From Fimicolochytrium jonesii (Eukaryota): a DNA stretch of 64,000 bases. The notes under the pieces were generated by a model. It made no database searches. It was not told the origin of the DNA and saw only the letters and a program-made list of their open reading frames with translations. Made by a program: the position numbers and the translations under genes. Positions 25,578 to 37,565 of the stretch are shown here, in pieces; within the stretch, counting starts at the first letter, position 1, and every line of letters starts with the position of its first letter. The stretch covers positions 806,001-870,000 of the forward strand of contig NW_026515668.1 of assembly GCF_025526975.1 (NCBI RefSeq), read 5' to 3'.

Positions 25578-26686
25578 ATGAGAATTGGTCTCCTGCTGGT
25601 ACTTTCCGCTTTTGTCACAGGGCTACTGCTGCTCGCTTCCCAGCTGTGTCCATCATCGAGTTCATTCGAAGGTCGGGTGGGTAGTGATGTTGTAAAGAGG
25701 TAGGATCTCATTTCCGTGGTTAACTGTTCTCTCTGCGCCTGTGAGCGCTTGCTCACGTACCGTTTTCCAGTTGCCACGAAAACGGGCGGGCCAGCTACGC
25801 GCAGCATGCGGAAGCTTCCACACGAGTCCAGGCCCAGTCAGAGTCTGATACGGTAGCCCACCTAGACGCAACGGCCCCTTTCCACGAGGAAGTTGCAGTC
25901 CGGAAGATCCCGCGCATCTTCCATCAAATGTGGATTGGGGATGCTACGGAGATGCCAAAAGGCCCCCTCAGATCGTGCAAGCGCATTCACAACGACTCCA
26001 GCGGCTGGAAATATATCCTATGGCAGCCACACACCCTGCTGAATTTCTTCCACTCAGGAGACCTTGATCCGCAGTTCACCGATTTCGTCAAAAATAAGCT
26101 CCGGCTGCTCGAATACAATCTGACGTCTTCGGATCGCAAAAGCCTACTGCGTGCAGCCGACGTGTGGCGGCTTGTTGTCTTACATCACTACGGTGGCGTC
26201 TACGTTGACGGAGACGGCCAATGCATCCGCTCATTCACTGACCTAGTCGAGAATGACAACGAGGGCCGTGAGTGCTTCATCGGCTACGAATCCAGCACGT
26301 ACCGAGGAACGTTGCGCGCGAACGGCATTATGGGTTGCGTTCCCGAATCTGTCACCATTCAATATACCCTGGACGCGATTCACGCCAATGATGCACTGCG
26401 GGTCCCTGGTGAGGCCTGGGAGCTCACGGGCCCGAAACTCCTTACGGTCACAGGTGAAACTTTGGAAAATGAGCTGCCGTGGCGTCGGCTGCGGACGGAA
26501 CACGGACAAAAGCTAGGCTACAAAGTTTACCCGTCAAGCACGTTCCTACCGGTCCATTACACCGACAAGCAGAACGGGATGACGCCCGAAGAAGGTTTGC
26601 AGCGAGCGAAAGATCTCGGAAGTTATATGGTGCACTTATGGGGAAGCACCTTGGACGCTTACATGGCCGAGGATGGCGATGCATGA
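25578..26686 (+). CDS. glycosyltransferase family 32 (OCH1/SUR1-like, DXD)
   Basis: N-terminal signal anchor, KIPRIFHQMWIG, ADVWRLVVLHHYGGVYVDGD, WELTGP, HLWGST. Confidence 0.85.
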
Positions 26687-27127
26687 ATCCGAGCCGTCTT
26701 TCTGATGGGCACAAGACGACTGGGAAAGGCAGTGCTCCCGAGGCAGTCCTCATTCATTAACTTGGCAACTCTTTCATTGTCGCTTGGAGCCCTGCCGCCT
26801 AACCTCAGATATCATTCCATGTTCCTTGTTGGAGACGTGCAACTACCATTATGTATAAGAGTAAAATCTCTTTAATATTTCTTTTTTGAAAGATAGTGGG
26901 ATTACTTCCGAAGGGAGGGAGCGATAAAGAACGGCGCATGCTAAATACCCGCCCAGTGAGTTCTTGAAAATCGACCTATAAGCAACTTAGCATACCTTGA
27001 AGGTGTGGCACAACCACCCGATTAGCTGCGTGCGGGTTAGCCCGGGAGGTTTCTGTGGTTATGTGCTAATGCTCGGCCTAGCCGGCTAAATATCCGTATA
27101 CTGTGTTTTAATCGAGGCGACAAAGCC

Positions 27128-27287
27128 TCCAAGGAACTCTATTGAGACGGTGTAAAGAACTCGTTGTACTGTACGATGAAGAATGATATTTTGACTAGAG
27201 AGCAGGAATAGGATCCAAGGAACTGTATTGAGACGGTGTAAAGAACTCGTTGTACTGTACGATGAAGAATGATATTTTGACTAGAGA
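27128..27287 (+). repeat. direct duplication, 2 x 74 bp (period 86)
   Basis: 27128-27201 and 27214-27287 differ at one position. Confidence 0.95.
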
Positions 27288-27589
27288 ACAAAAACGTACG
27301 TACAATCGACGAGCAGATGCTCAAATATGGGAAGAAAAGAGATAAACTGTCTAGGATCCCAGACAGACGGGACAAGGCTACGTAGAGTCCCCGCCCTCTC
27401 CACCGTCGCGCTTGCGCGCTCCGGCTGCACGTTCAAACACATCGTGGAGCTTCTCCTCCAAACAGCCCCCGCGCGTGATGCTCGCTGCAAGGCTGCAAGG
27501 ACTCCGCGGGCTTCCTCCTGGTCTCAACAGCCACGGACACAGGGCTGCATATACTGTATAGCCGAACTCTTGCATAGCCGAACCGCCCA

Positions 27590-27949
27590 TTGCCGAAGAG
27601 ACTGGCCTGTTCACCTTGTCGTCACTCTCACCGAACGTGTGACAAAGGCGGACCGCCTTGTGGGAATTGCGGTGACTCTCCTGATGCTTGTGTGTACCGA
27701 CAGACGAGGAGGAGAAACGTGACGAACAAGAACATGAATCTTTGTAACGGCTGTTCCAAGCGCCGACGGAAGTTCCCTGGAGGCCAACCGTGTCCAGCTT
27801 GTGTGGAGGAGGCTCTGGATTGTGTTTACGATCGCTGTAGGAATTGTCGTGAGATGCAGGTGGCTTGCGATGGAGGTCATCCGTGCGGGGTTTGTGTAGA
27901 GTTTGGGGTGGATTGTGTGCGGGCGAAGCGACGACGCCGCAGGAAGTAG
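27590..27949 (+). CDS. protein or exon with three tandem Zn2Cys6-like clusters (5' end unresolved; possibly a pseudogene)
   Basis: CSPCRHSHRTCDKGGPPCGNCGDSPDAC; CNGCSKRRRKFPGGQPCPACVEEALDC; CRNCREMQVACDGGHPCGVCVEFGVDC; basic tail. Confidence 0.75.
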   Translation: MPKRLACSPCRHSHRTCDKGGPPCGNCGDSPDACVYRQTRRRNVTNKNMNLCNGCSKRRRKFPGGQPCPACVEEALDCVYDRCRNCREMQVACDGGHPCGVCVEFGVDCVRAKRRRRRK

Positions 27950-28161
27950 TTTGTTGTAGATGGTGAAATTTTTCTTAGGGTAGGGTCGCATCAAAAGCAG
28001 CGGGGAAGTGGCCCAGTGCACCCAAATAAGCTTATTGACTAGTACCAATTGTGTGATTACAAGAATGAAGGAGCTGATACAATTGTTGAGGCCGTTGGGA
28101 GTCCGCCCGGGCCAAGGGCTCCTCTTGCCGTGGCACTGATGATCAACGTAACCGACCGCTC

Positions 28162-29685
28162 TTATAAGACATCGCCCGTAGCCATCGGAGCTTGTTGCAC
28201 TCGCAACGGAGGTTCAAGAGGAATCTGCAGAAGGGTCTCATTTTCACCGGCAATGTAAACACGTCGCAGGTCAAACGCAATCGTCGATGGCCACACGACG
28301 CAGCTAAGAGCCAAGGCAGCGATTGCAAGCATGAAAACATCAGCGTTCGGCCACATTTCGCTACATCCGACAATGTCCCGGAACGCTACCGAATGCGCGC
28401 CAAGAACCAGAGTTAGGTTTGTTGAGTTTGCCACAACCTCGAATAGGGTTCCATGACCTTGCGACCAGCCGACCAGCTCGTTCCAACCTCCACGGCGGTT
28501 AGGGCAACAGAGAAGTCTTTTAACGGTGACTTGGTTCTCTGGTCCGTTCACATTAAAGGAGATTTCCTGTTGCTCAACCGAATGCGGCCAATTTTCCTCT
28601 GAAGCTATCTTGTCGCAGGTGAAAGATGTGAAAACGATGTTGCTTTTGATCCAGTCCATCACAAAGCCTTCTGGGTTGATACCGTCCGGTAGGTTTGTGT
28701 CGTGAAATAGGCGCCAATTGTCGTGAAGAGCCTGGAAGACTCCTGGAAAGAAGAAAAGGTTGGATCGAGCTCTCTTCAGATCAATTTTCTGACGGATCCA
28801 TTGACACAAGCTACGATCACTGTCACGCGCCCGTGGATTCCAATGCGGACGCACTAGGGCTAAGGCTTGTCGTAAACAAGGTGTTAGCCTCTTTTGTTGC
28901 AAGTCATATTCGATAGCAACATCCTCAGGCTTGTTCGGGAGGTCTGGCTGTAGCTGAGTCCAATTTATGCTCTGCGTACCGTCGGTATAGATGTCGTTCT
29001 CGAAAGAAAAAGCTGATGTGAGAAGCGCTGCTAGTTCCTCATGTGTTGTATGCAGGAGACTTGCGATTGCAGGCAAAGCGGAGTGAACTTCGTCGTAGTC
29101 GCCATGTTCTCCTCGGTAAACTTGTACGTAGCGTCCATCAGCAGTATGCATGTAGATGGCATAATCAAAGAATGACATCCCATCTAGAAACTGCCTCCAA
29201 GACGATAGTCGAATTGTACCAGTCAAGTATATGGACTTTGACGAGTCGGCGAAGTCCATAACCTTAATGGTGCATTGCCCGCTTTTCTCCGAAAACGTTT
29301 CGTCGCTCTCGTCAATGAAAATGTCGTTATCGACTTCGAAAAGTATTTCGCAGCCGGGTCCGCATCGGCTCGGTGAAATAAAAAGGAACCCTGGCAACGC
29401 GTCATACGTTCCTTCTAGCTCCTCATATTTTTGTAACTGGGAGGAGAAAATGAATTCTCAGTCTAAGGCACGTACAGGAAAAGAAAGACTTACCGTGGAC
29501 GGCAATGTGAAGATACGTTGCAACTCCGCGCATATCAAACTCAACCCGCCCAGCCGTGAATCAGCGGCGAGGAGTCGGTGACGTAGATTCCTGGCACAGG
29601 AGCGCAAGCGAATAAAATCCCCGAGAGACAGGTGCTGCGCGATCCCCGCAAGGACAATCAGAGGAAGCTCGTCCACGAGAGGCAT
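28162..29685 (-). CDS. F-box-like protein, 2 exons (intron 29437-29493)
   Basis: MPLVDELPLIVLAGIAQHLSLGDFIRLRSCAR; a phase-0 GT-AG intron joins it in frame to the 411-aa ORF. Confidence 0.7.
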
Positions 29686-30613
29686 TTTCGTGTCCAGCTT
29701 CAAGTACGTCTTCTACCGGTACCAGATGAGCGATGATCAGTTCCGCTGCAAACACCTTCAATGGAGCTCTCAGCGCGCTCAAAAGTGTGCATGTGCGCCG
29801 CTCCTGTGACCTGGACACTTTTGCACCAAAGATGTCTGAGATAGCATTACCTTACGTGGTGGTGGAGGCCTACTGCAAGAACGGGAAGAGCAATATGTAT
29901 TTACGCCATCCAACCAGACAGACAGCGCCACAATAGGTTTTCATTCCTGAAACGCGAAAGAGGCGTCACTGTCCGAGGCGTTAGCACGTCCTGCACGTCC
30001 ACCACAATTCTGGAAAAAACGGAAATAAAACGAGGACCTTCGTAGCTTCCGTAACGGATAGGACTCGTTGCCGGAACCGAGGAGGATGTCTGAGCTACGG
30101 CGCAAGCTCGCCTCACCCTACGCACGTCCAGTCTCCACACGCTCAGCAGCACCAAAACCTATCTACCTACACTCGCCCCCTCTTACCATCACCGCTGCAG
30201 ACATCTTTTTCAAGAGCGGCAGTGGCAAGGGCGGGTATGCATTCCTTGCCCACAAAAGGAGGACAAGCCGGTCAAGTAATTCAGTTGTGACGCGTCGGAG
30301 TCATTGACGGAACTCTGTGGAACTGAGATCAATAGACCCGCACATCCTTTTGAATCCATATGCCCGGCGGTGCCCCGCGCGATGACAGCTAGCGGAGCTT
30401 AGGGCGGAGCGGGGTGTATTTTTTCAAAAGTTAAAAACAGAACGAAGCAACGGAATTCGCAAGGGAAGAAGAACACGGAGCGACACATGGAACGCTTTGC
30501 GCTGACGCTGTTAACGATATTTTGAGTCCATCCCTTAAGCGCCCCTGCCCCGTGTCCCCCGGGAGCGCGAATGTACAAGTTCGCTCTTTTCATACTTTGA
30601 GACCCTCTGAGTA

Positions 30614-31060
30614 GGATGTGCAGGTGTACGTGGGGCATCTACGAGTGTACGCGGCGCATCTTACGATGCATCTGACATTGAACCTGGCGCAGCTACGAGT
30701 GTACCTGGCGCATCCTGCGAGGTACCTGCCGCATCTGAGAGTGCATAACCTCAGCGCGGCGCTTAAGGATGAGTCGCAGCGCTCGGATAAAAAGCGGGTG
30801 GGGCCCAATTGAGACCCGAGTATGGCGAGGGCGGAAAGCGATACGTGATACTTGATCCAAGAATGGCGGTCATCTTCGTGAACGGTATGTGGGACAAGCG
30901 CAAGGGGGCACAGTCCAAGGTTCGGACAGCATCTGTGGAGGAATTCGTGAAGATCCTGCAACAGCCCGGCCTCAAGACGCACTGCGAGGTCTTCCAAGGA
31001 GATACGTGGAAGCGAAACAAAGTGATAGCCTTCAGCCCTCTCTTTAAATACGGCTTGTAG
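30614..31060 (+). pseudogene. degenerate coding remnant with ~7-codon repeats and several in-frame stops
   Basis: One frame reads GASTSVRGAS...TSVPGAS...EVPAAS, then four stops, then an open 83-aa tail. Confidence 0.4.
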
Positions 31061-31582
31061 CCCGCCAGGTCGGGTGGAAAGTCGTCCTCAACCGCTTTTG
31101 AGCGGTCTCCAAGTCCAGTTCCCCACTGTGAAACGACTGCGCAGCCTCCTTCTTGAACTTCATCACCGTATCGAAGTCCTTTCTCTCCAACCCACGTGCT
31201 CCCAGTACCCGCTCGAACGTCTCCGCAAATAGCCCCCGAAATCCGGCTTCCAACTTCTGACGCCGCGCCTCCACCTCCAGCTTATCCTTGACACGGTTCC
31301 ACGTCACACCTTCCCAACCAAGTGTTTTGAGCCCATCGGATCCCAATTCAAGATATACTGTATGTCGTCACAAAGGCGATCACGTAGCTGTCCCACAAAG
31401 TCCCGGTAGGTTGCCCTGATGCGTACCCGATCTTCTTGTAATTTAAGCTCGTCCAGAATTTGAGCAGCGAGGCTCTCAAGTCTCTCGGTGAGGTCGACAT
31501 GCGATTGAAGGAGGCCGAGGATTTGCTCGCTTACTGACTCGAGTTCGGCAATGGCATCCATGATCGCGTCCAGCGTCGCCAT
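31044..31582 (-). pseudogene. hypothetical coiled-coil protein frameshifted by a 5-bp transposon footprint
   Basis: ORFs 31304-31582 and 31044-31346 join in frame (177 aa) when CAGTA within 31356-31362 is removed. Confidence 0.75.
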
Positions 31583-31819
31583 GTGATCCGGGTCCGTTTT
31601 CTGCTTGTCCGGCAGGTTCTCTGTCAGTTCCCGGTTCAGTATCTGAAAAGCTTTCTAATGTGTTTCCGTAACCGTGGCGGTGGTCTGCCGGAGGCCTGAG
31701 CTTCGATTCTTTAAAAGGTCAAGCTTGGTGCGCAGCATGGCCGACCTTTGGTCGTTGGATCGCTTGTAAAGGGTGTACATAGAATGAACGACCAGCCCCT
31801 TAAGCCGTATCAAAATGGT

Positions 31820-32650
31820 CTAAGTGCGGCAGGGAAATTTTTCAGAAAGTGCCGCAAAAACTACTGGGGGCAAACTAATCTTATTGCGCCGCAGCGAACG
31901 AACACAGATCCAATCTGATTGTAGCAACCGTTCGAAGGGCGCCCATTGTCTTTCCTCAGCGGTCCGCTGTAAGGTTACAGGCCAATGGTCTTGTTCTCCT
32001 ACATAATTGCAGTGGGGGCAGCCCGAGCGCACGGTGTCATCCTCCTCCTTGTAATGCTCCGGGTAATGCTCCTCCTGGTACTGAATAATGAAATGCAGGA
32101 GGGCGACGTTACCGGTCACACAAGCATGGCGAAGAGGCGAGTCAAGGAGTTCGTCCCCATAAGAGTAATGATATTGGTGAGGATCAGCGTCTTTGGTACC
32201 GGCCTCGACCAGTAATCGAAGTAAATTGACGGGCCGACCAAGGTGTACGCCTGCCACATAGGCATCTTCCATGTCTTGCGCCTTGTCCGCGGGTGTCCTG
32301 GAGATGAGCACACGAAGGAGCGCCAGAAGGAACGATTCTTCCCACGGGCCATTAATTGCAATGAGGAGAGGGGTGGGATCGCGTCTGTAGACGCCGACCT
32401 TGAAGTCGTAGCGCGCCCGTAACGTTTCCGAGTCAGAACTGCGCCGCGCCAGGTCCTCACAACGAGTGGCGGTGGCAAGCACAAAAACTTGGTCCAATTG
32501 GGGTGGTTGGTGATAAAGCCAGCTACAGCAATAGCGGAGGGAAAGCGCGGTCACCTCATCGCAGTGTGTGGCGACTTGGAGGAGGAGCTTGGGGGGCAGA
32601 CGAGGTCCGTCAGCTGCAGAACAGGTCCGCCGGACGTTATCGCCGTCCAT
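31820..32650 (-). CDS. F-box-like and ankyrin-like protein
   Basis: RLPPKLLLQVATHCDEVTALSLRYCC (F-box-like); SPLRHACVTGNVALLHFII (ankyrin-like). Confidence 0.6.
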   Translation of the reverse strand: MDGDNVRRTCSAADGPRLPPKLLLQVATHCDEVTALSLRYCCSWLYHQPPQLDQVFVLATATRCEDLARRSSDSETLRARYDFKVGVYRRDPTPLLIAINGPWEESFLLALLRVLISRTPADKAQDMEDAYVAGVHLGRPVNLLRLLVEAGTKDADPHQYHYSYGDELLDSPLRHACVTGNVALLHFIIQYQEEHYPEHYKEEDDTVRSGCPHCNYVGEQDHWPVTLQRTAEERQWAPFERLLQSDWICVRSLRRNKISLPPVVFAALSEKFPCRT

Positions 32651-32914
32651 GGATAGAAGGATAACTGAGGATCGAACTCCTGCGAAGTAAGCAACGGGAG
32701 AGGTGTCTTCACCTTTGTATCGCTACGCTGTTTGAAGAGGAACGTAAGCGCTGCGCCCTCTTCATATATGCAGCCGTCCCTGTGGGTGCGTTGTCAAACT
32801 TTTCCGTGAGGAGAAGAGGAAAGGCAAACCGTCCACGCGCCGTGACGCGTCCGAGTCATCCTGTATGTAACCCTAAGCCTTGGAGTCATCGCAAAAAGAA
32901 GGCAAGAGGAAGAA

Positions 32915-32955
32915 AGGGTTAGGGTTAGGGCTAGGGCTAGGGCTAGGGCTAGGGC
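32915..32955. repeat. telomere-like repeat (TTAGGG/CTAGGG) in the divergent intergenic region before ISN1
   Basis: agggttagggttagggctagggctagggctagggctagggc. Confidence 0.92.
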
Positions 32956-33170
32956 ACCGAACTGAAGGCGAAACAAGGTGCCCCGCAGAGTGGAATATCT
33001 CCGTCTCTCTCTCTGTCGGTTCGCTGCCGGACCCTCCTTCGTTACTGTACCTCCCTCGACAGAAACCCCCAAGGTAAGTTGCGGGCTCGCGGTCTTGTTC
33101 GGAAAAGAGGTGTGACATGGAGGTGTGAATTTGACACTCCCACACCCTTGCAGTAGACCCAAAAGCAACG

Positions 33171-35185
33171 ATGACTTCCCTGTACAGCATCAACTACCAC
33201 ACTCGGTCAGTACGTTCCTCTCAATGAGCCACGTCTCCCTTTGGCCGCATAAACATGCCCACAATGGGTGATCTCATCCGCACCCAATCCCCCCCGCAGC
33301 GCCCACAAACGCGACGCCTTCATCGAATTCATCAAATCCCTCCTCCTCAACCCTTTCGTCCTGCACACCCGTCCCAGTTTCCTCGCCGCTGATTCCGAAG
33401 AGACGCCCGAATGGGAAAAGAAGTTTGCTCCTGCGACTCGCACGCAGAAGAATAGTCATTGTGGAGAAGGGGAGGAAACGCAGGATGAGAATGTGAAGCG
33501 GTATTGCGAGGTGCTGCAGTGTGTCGAGGAGCTGATTTATGATCATATTTTGCATCAGAGGCAGAGTAAGTGACCTGCGGTGTTGGAAACGAGCGGAGTG
33601 GGAAACGAGCGGAGCGAGTGCGATGATGTGTGATGGGTGGCCGAGCGTTAGCAGAGAGTGAATGCTTGAGGGGACCGACCGACAGCAAGGAGAATGCTTG
33701 AGGATGGTGCGGGAGCTAGCACCGGCGAGCGTCAGATCTTTTAGCGAGCGAAGCGAGCCAGGGATGATCGTTCATCCAGCGCCCATCAACCAACCGACCA
33801 CAATCACTCACGCTAAATCATTCCTCGATAATTCCAGATCTCATCGAACTATCCCGCCTATCAGCCCTGGTCCCCAGCATCGGGCGTTTCTTCACTCCCC
33901 TCCCGCTCCGCAACAGTTTCATACGTCAGGACGCAAAACGCGCGATCGCCGCTCGACGGTCCGTCCCGCCCAGTTTCAACGACATCCGGGCCGTGTTGAA
34001 TGATGCGCAGGTTACCGCCATCAGCTCCACCGTGAAACTCATGACTTTGTAAGTCCCCCCCCCCCCCCCCCCCCAATCCGTCCCTCACAACTATACCATC
34101 ACCCCGTTTCTAACATCCCCAACAGCGACGGCGACATGACCCTCTACGCCGACGGCGCCAACTTCCCGCCCACCTCCTCCCTCGTCCGCCTCCTGATCAC
34201 CCTTCTCCACCACGGCCTCCACATCGCCGTCGTCACCGCCGCCGGGTACCCGAACTCCCCAGCAAAGTACGAAACCCGCCTCGCCGGCCTCCTCACCGGC
34301 TTCCGCTCCTCCTCGCTCCCCGCCGCCGCCCTCGAGCGGTTCTACGTCATGGGCGGCGAATGCAACTACCTCTTCCGCTACGACGCCGCCCGCGGCCACC
34401 TTGTCGGCGTGGCCCCCGAGGTGTATGAACCGGAGGCGGTGCGACGGTGGAGTACGGACGAGGGGCTGATTGCAGGCGTGTTGGATGTGGCCGAGGGCGC
34501 GTTGAGGGCGGGCGCAAGCGAGATGAAGTTGGAGGGCAAGGTCGATGTGCTCAGGAAGGGGAGGGCCGTAGGCGTTGTGCCCAAGGACGGGGTGCGGTTG
34601 ACCAGGGAGACGTTGGTAGGTTTATCCATATCCCTGCTTGACCCTTTCCCATTATCAACTGTAATTCTACTAACCCCACCCGCCCACTCCCCGTATGAAT
34701 GATTTTTTTTCTTTCAACAGGATGAATTCGCGCTAACGGCCCAACGCGCCCTCACATCCCACTCCCTCGCCCAATCCCGCTCCCCTCCCGCCACCACGAC
34801 CACGACATCCACCCCGCCACCGACGGTCCCGTTCTGCGCGTTCAACGGCGGCAGCGACGTGTGGGTCGACATTGGGAACAAGCTGATCGGCGTGCAGATG
34901 CTGCAGGCGTTCCTCGGAACCAAGGGGTGGGAGACGCTGCATGTCGGTGACCAGGTTCGTGGTTGTCTGTCAAAGCTCTGTAAAATCATCCGTGGGAGGG
35001 GGTTAGTGGGGGTGGTTAACGCCATTCTTTTTTTTTTTTTTGGGCTTTTGCAGTTTTTGTCAACGGGAAATGATATATCGACGCGAACGGCGTGTTGTAC
35101 GGCATGGGTGACGAATCCGGAGGAGACGGCGGAGATCCTGACCGAGCTTTGTTCGTTGCTGGGTGCGGGAGAGGGGGGCAAGTGA
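33171..35185 (+). CDS. ISN1: IMP-specific 5'-nucleotidase
   Basis: HKRDAFIEFIKSLL, LVPSIGRFFTPLPL, TFDGDMTLY, YVMGGECNYLF, FCAFNGGSDVWVDIGNK, LHVGDQF. Confidence 0.95.
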
Positions 35186-35302
35186 GGACACATATATATG
35201 TGTGGATGAGGCGCGGCACCCCGGTTTCCGTTGTTCATATGTACAAGACTTCCCGAATGATATTTATGACATGTGCAAGAAGAAGTTGGAGGGCGTCGGG
35301 AT

Positions 35303-36543
35303 TCACAGAGACTCCACCCCGCGCCTCAACTCCGCCTGCCGTCGCTGCAGTAGATCCCGTTCGGCCCTCAACCGCCCCACCAAGTCCTCCAACATCCGCG
35401 TCTCGTGCGCGGTCCCTGTCCCTGTCCCTGTCCCGCCACCCGCGGCTACCTCCCGCCTCTTGTACTCCACCAACGCCTCCCCCTCCTCCTTCGCAAGCAC
35501 TGTTTCGGCCAAATGGTCGCGCGCGAGCTCCTCCTCGCGTTTGGAGCGGGCGAGGTCGGATGTGAGCTGTGCGAGTTCCGAGGTGAGGGTGGAGAGCGGG
35601 AGGGAGGAGTGGGAGCCGATGTCGCGGGTTGAGACTGTATGCCGGGGGAGGGAAGGGGGTTGAGAATGAGGTCTGAGAGGGCATGCGCTTTGTGACCGTA
35701 CCTGAGGGCCGGATGGAGGCTGCTGGTACTGCGACGGGCTAACGATTCATAAATCACATGGGGAATAAAATGTCAGTACTCACACCAAGAATGGAAATCT
35801 ACGATTCCCCCCACACACACCTCCTTCAAAAACGCCCCCTTGACATCCAAGGGTATCCCATGGGGCAGCGGCTTGCCTTTCCGTCTCGTGTTCAGGATAT
35901 GCGAAAAGTAGACAAACTGCTCGAGGTTGATGCGTTGGGCCATGCGGATGTCGACGAGCTGCCAGATCTGTGAGAACTCGTGCTCCGAGAGACGCGAGAG
36001 CTGGAAGAGGGGGCCGAGCTGGGATACTGCGGTGGGTGCCAGTGGAGAGGTAGGCGGTCAAGCTTTGATATGGTTTTCGACTATGTGTTTGTCCCGCACT
36101 TTTACGATGCCGCAGCTCTTTTTGAATTCGCTGAAGTCCCACAGTCTGCCCAGCGCAAGCCCTCCCTTCAAACAGCCCCTAATCCCCCGCGGATACGTAC
36201 AAGCAACCTCATCCTCATCCTGACTATATTTCGCAAACTGCGTCTCTATTTTCCCAATTCAGACGGTCAGCCATTCTCCATCCCAGGGCTCCGAACCCAG
36301 ACTTCCGCCCTCCTAAATTCGCACCTGCAGAGAAGCTGCAAGGACATCAGACAAAGAAGGAGTGGATGAGTATGTCGACGTTGCGGTTGCTCTTTTGAAG
36401 AGTTCAGGGGAGGGAGGGAGTGTGTACATACCGTTCTGCTGGACTGATGTACCAGTCAAAGTCCTGGGAAGGGGAGGAGTGTGAGCGAGGTGTCATAGAA
36501 TATACGAAAGGAAGGCATAGAAGCTCCCAGTACGTACGGCCAT
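35303..36543 (-). CDS. END3: End3-like EH-domain endocytosis protein (single EH domain plus coiled coil)
   Basis: Spliced MADFDWYISPAERFSAETQFAKY...IWQLVDIRMAQRINLEQFVYFSHILNTRRKGKPLP...ALVEYKRREV; includes an 11-nt micro-exon at 36325-36335. Confidence 0.75.
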
Positions 36544-36934
36544 GTTGGGGTTGTTGCTTGTGTGCTTGTGTGGATGGGAGGGAGGGAGGGAGGGTTGAGT
36601 CGCTTGAGTTGCGGTCGCGAGTCCAAGGCCCAAGGGGCACCTGGAAGGACCGCTTCTAAGTACCGACGGGTTCGCCAAGCCTCCGTGTGCAACCCAGAAG
36701 TCAACGACCAGGTGCCGCGTACAGTACTAAGTACTACGTACAGTACTAGTAATTTAGTAAATACTAAACCCCCAAACCCCCCCTGTGCGTCCGCTGATTG
36801 ACAACTCGGGGTACGCCCTATTACAGTATATACATACATGCAAGGGTGGGTGGGTGGGTGAGGGTTCTCGAATCGCTAAAGAGTATGGCTGAGCGCACGA
36901 ATAAAGGTCGAAATATGATTTCCATAAAATACAG

Positions 36935-37565
36935 CTAGTTAACGGGATCCCCAACGTCAGGAGTCCGCTGCACCCCTGGCTGCCCCCGTCTTTCAAACGC
37001 CAGCATAGATTGTGTGTGGAAGAGCTTCATCTGGAGTTCAAGCTTTTCCACCATGCGCTGATCTCTCTCGTCAAGGTCTTTGGCCAACTTGTTATAAATC
37101 TCTTCCGATAGTTTCGGCCCATTCCACCACCGCTGCGCACATACAGTAGGCTGCCAGATATCAGGTTACGACGCCCCAAGGACACATCATTCCGAGCATA
37201 GCCACCGGCTCAAGTTGCCGACCCCCATGCAAATCCTTTCAGCACGACCGCTAGCCCAGGGCAGGACTGACAGCTGGTCGGTGACTTCTGGGGTTGCACA
37301 GGGAGGCTCAACAACCCGTCGTAACCTGATATCTGGCAGCCTACTGTATATCCACAGCGACCAACCCGGACCCGAAGCCGAAAGCAAATCGCCAATCGAG
37401 CTTTTGGCCTAGTTTTTCGTGGACGTTCGACAACTGTTGGAGCATGTGCTTGGCGAGGTCTGGGAACAGAAAGCCTTCGCCCTTGGCGGCCGCATCCAAG
37501 GGGGAGGGTGGAGTGGTCGAATACCGACGCAGAATTCGGGCGATGGTGAGGCGTAGTGGGCTCAT
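36935..37565 (-). pseudogene. 141-aa hypothetical protein with a presequence-like N-terminus, interrupted by a MITE
   Basis: Removing 37144-37346 and one TA gives a continuous ORF: MSPLRLTIARILRRYS...VAVDI|CAQRWW...GDPVN*. Confidence 0.8.
37144..37346. mobile_element. 203-bp Tc1/mariner (pogo-like) MITE
   Basis: Perfect 30-bp TIR CAGTAGGCTGCCAGATATCAGGTTACGACG with a TA target-site duplication. Confidence 0.95.

Noticed and set aside
27128..27287. Direct repeats resembling a CRISPR unit
   Set aside because: Only two 74-bp copies with a 12-bp gap, in a eukaryotic context with no cas genes; a simple duplication.
33566..33837. Long introns as snoRNA hosts
   Set aside because: No consistent terminal C/D (RTGATGA...CTGA) or H/ACA arrangement across the six related introns.
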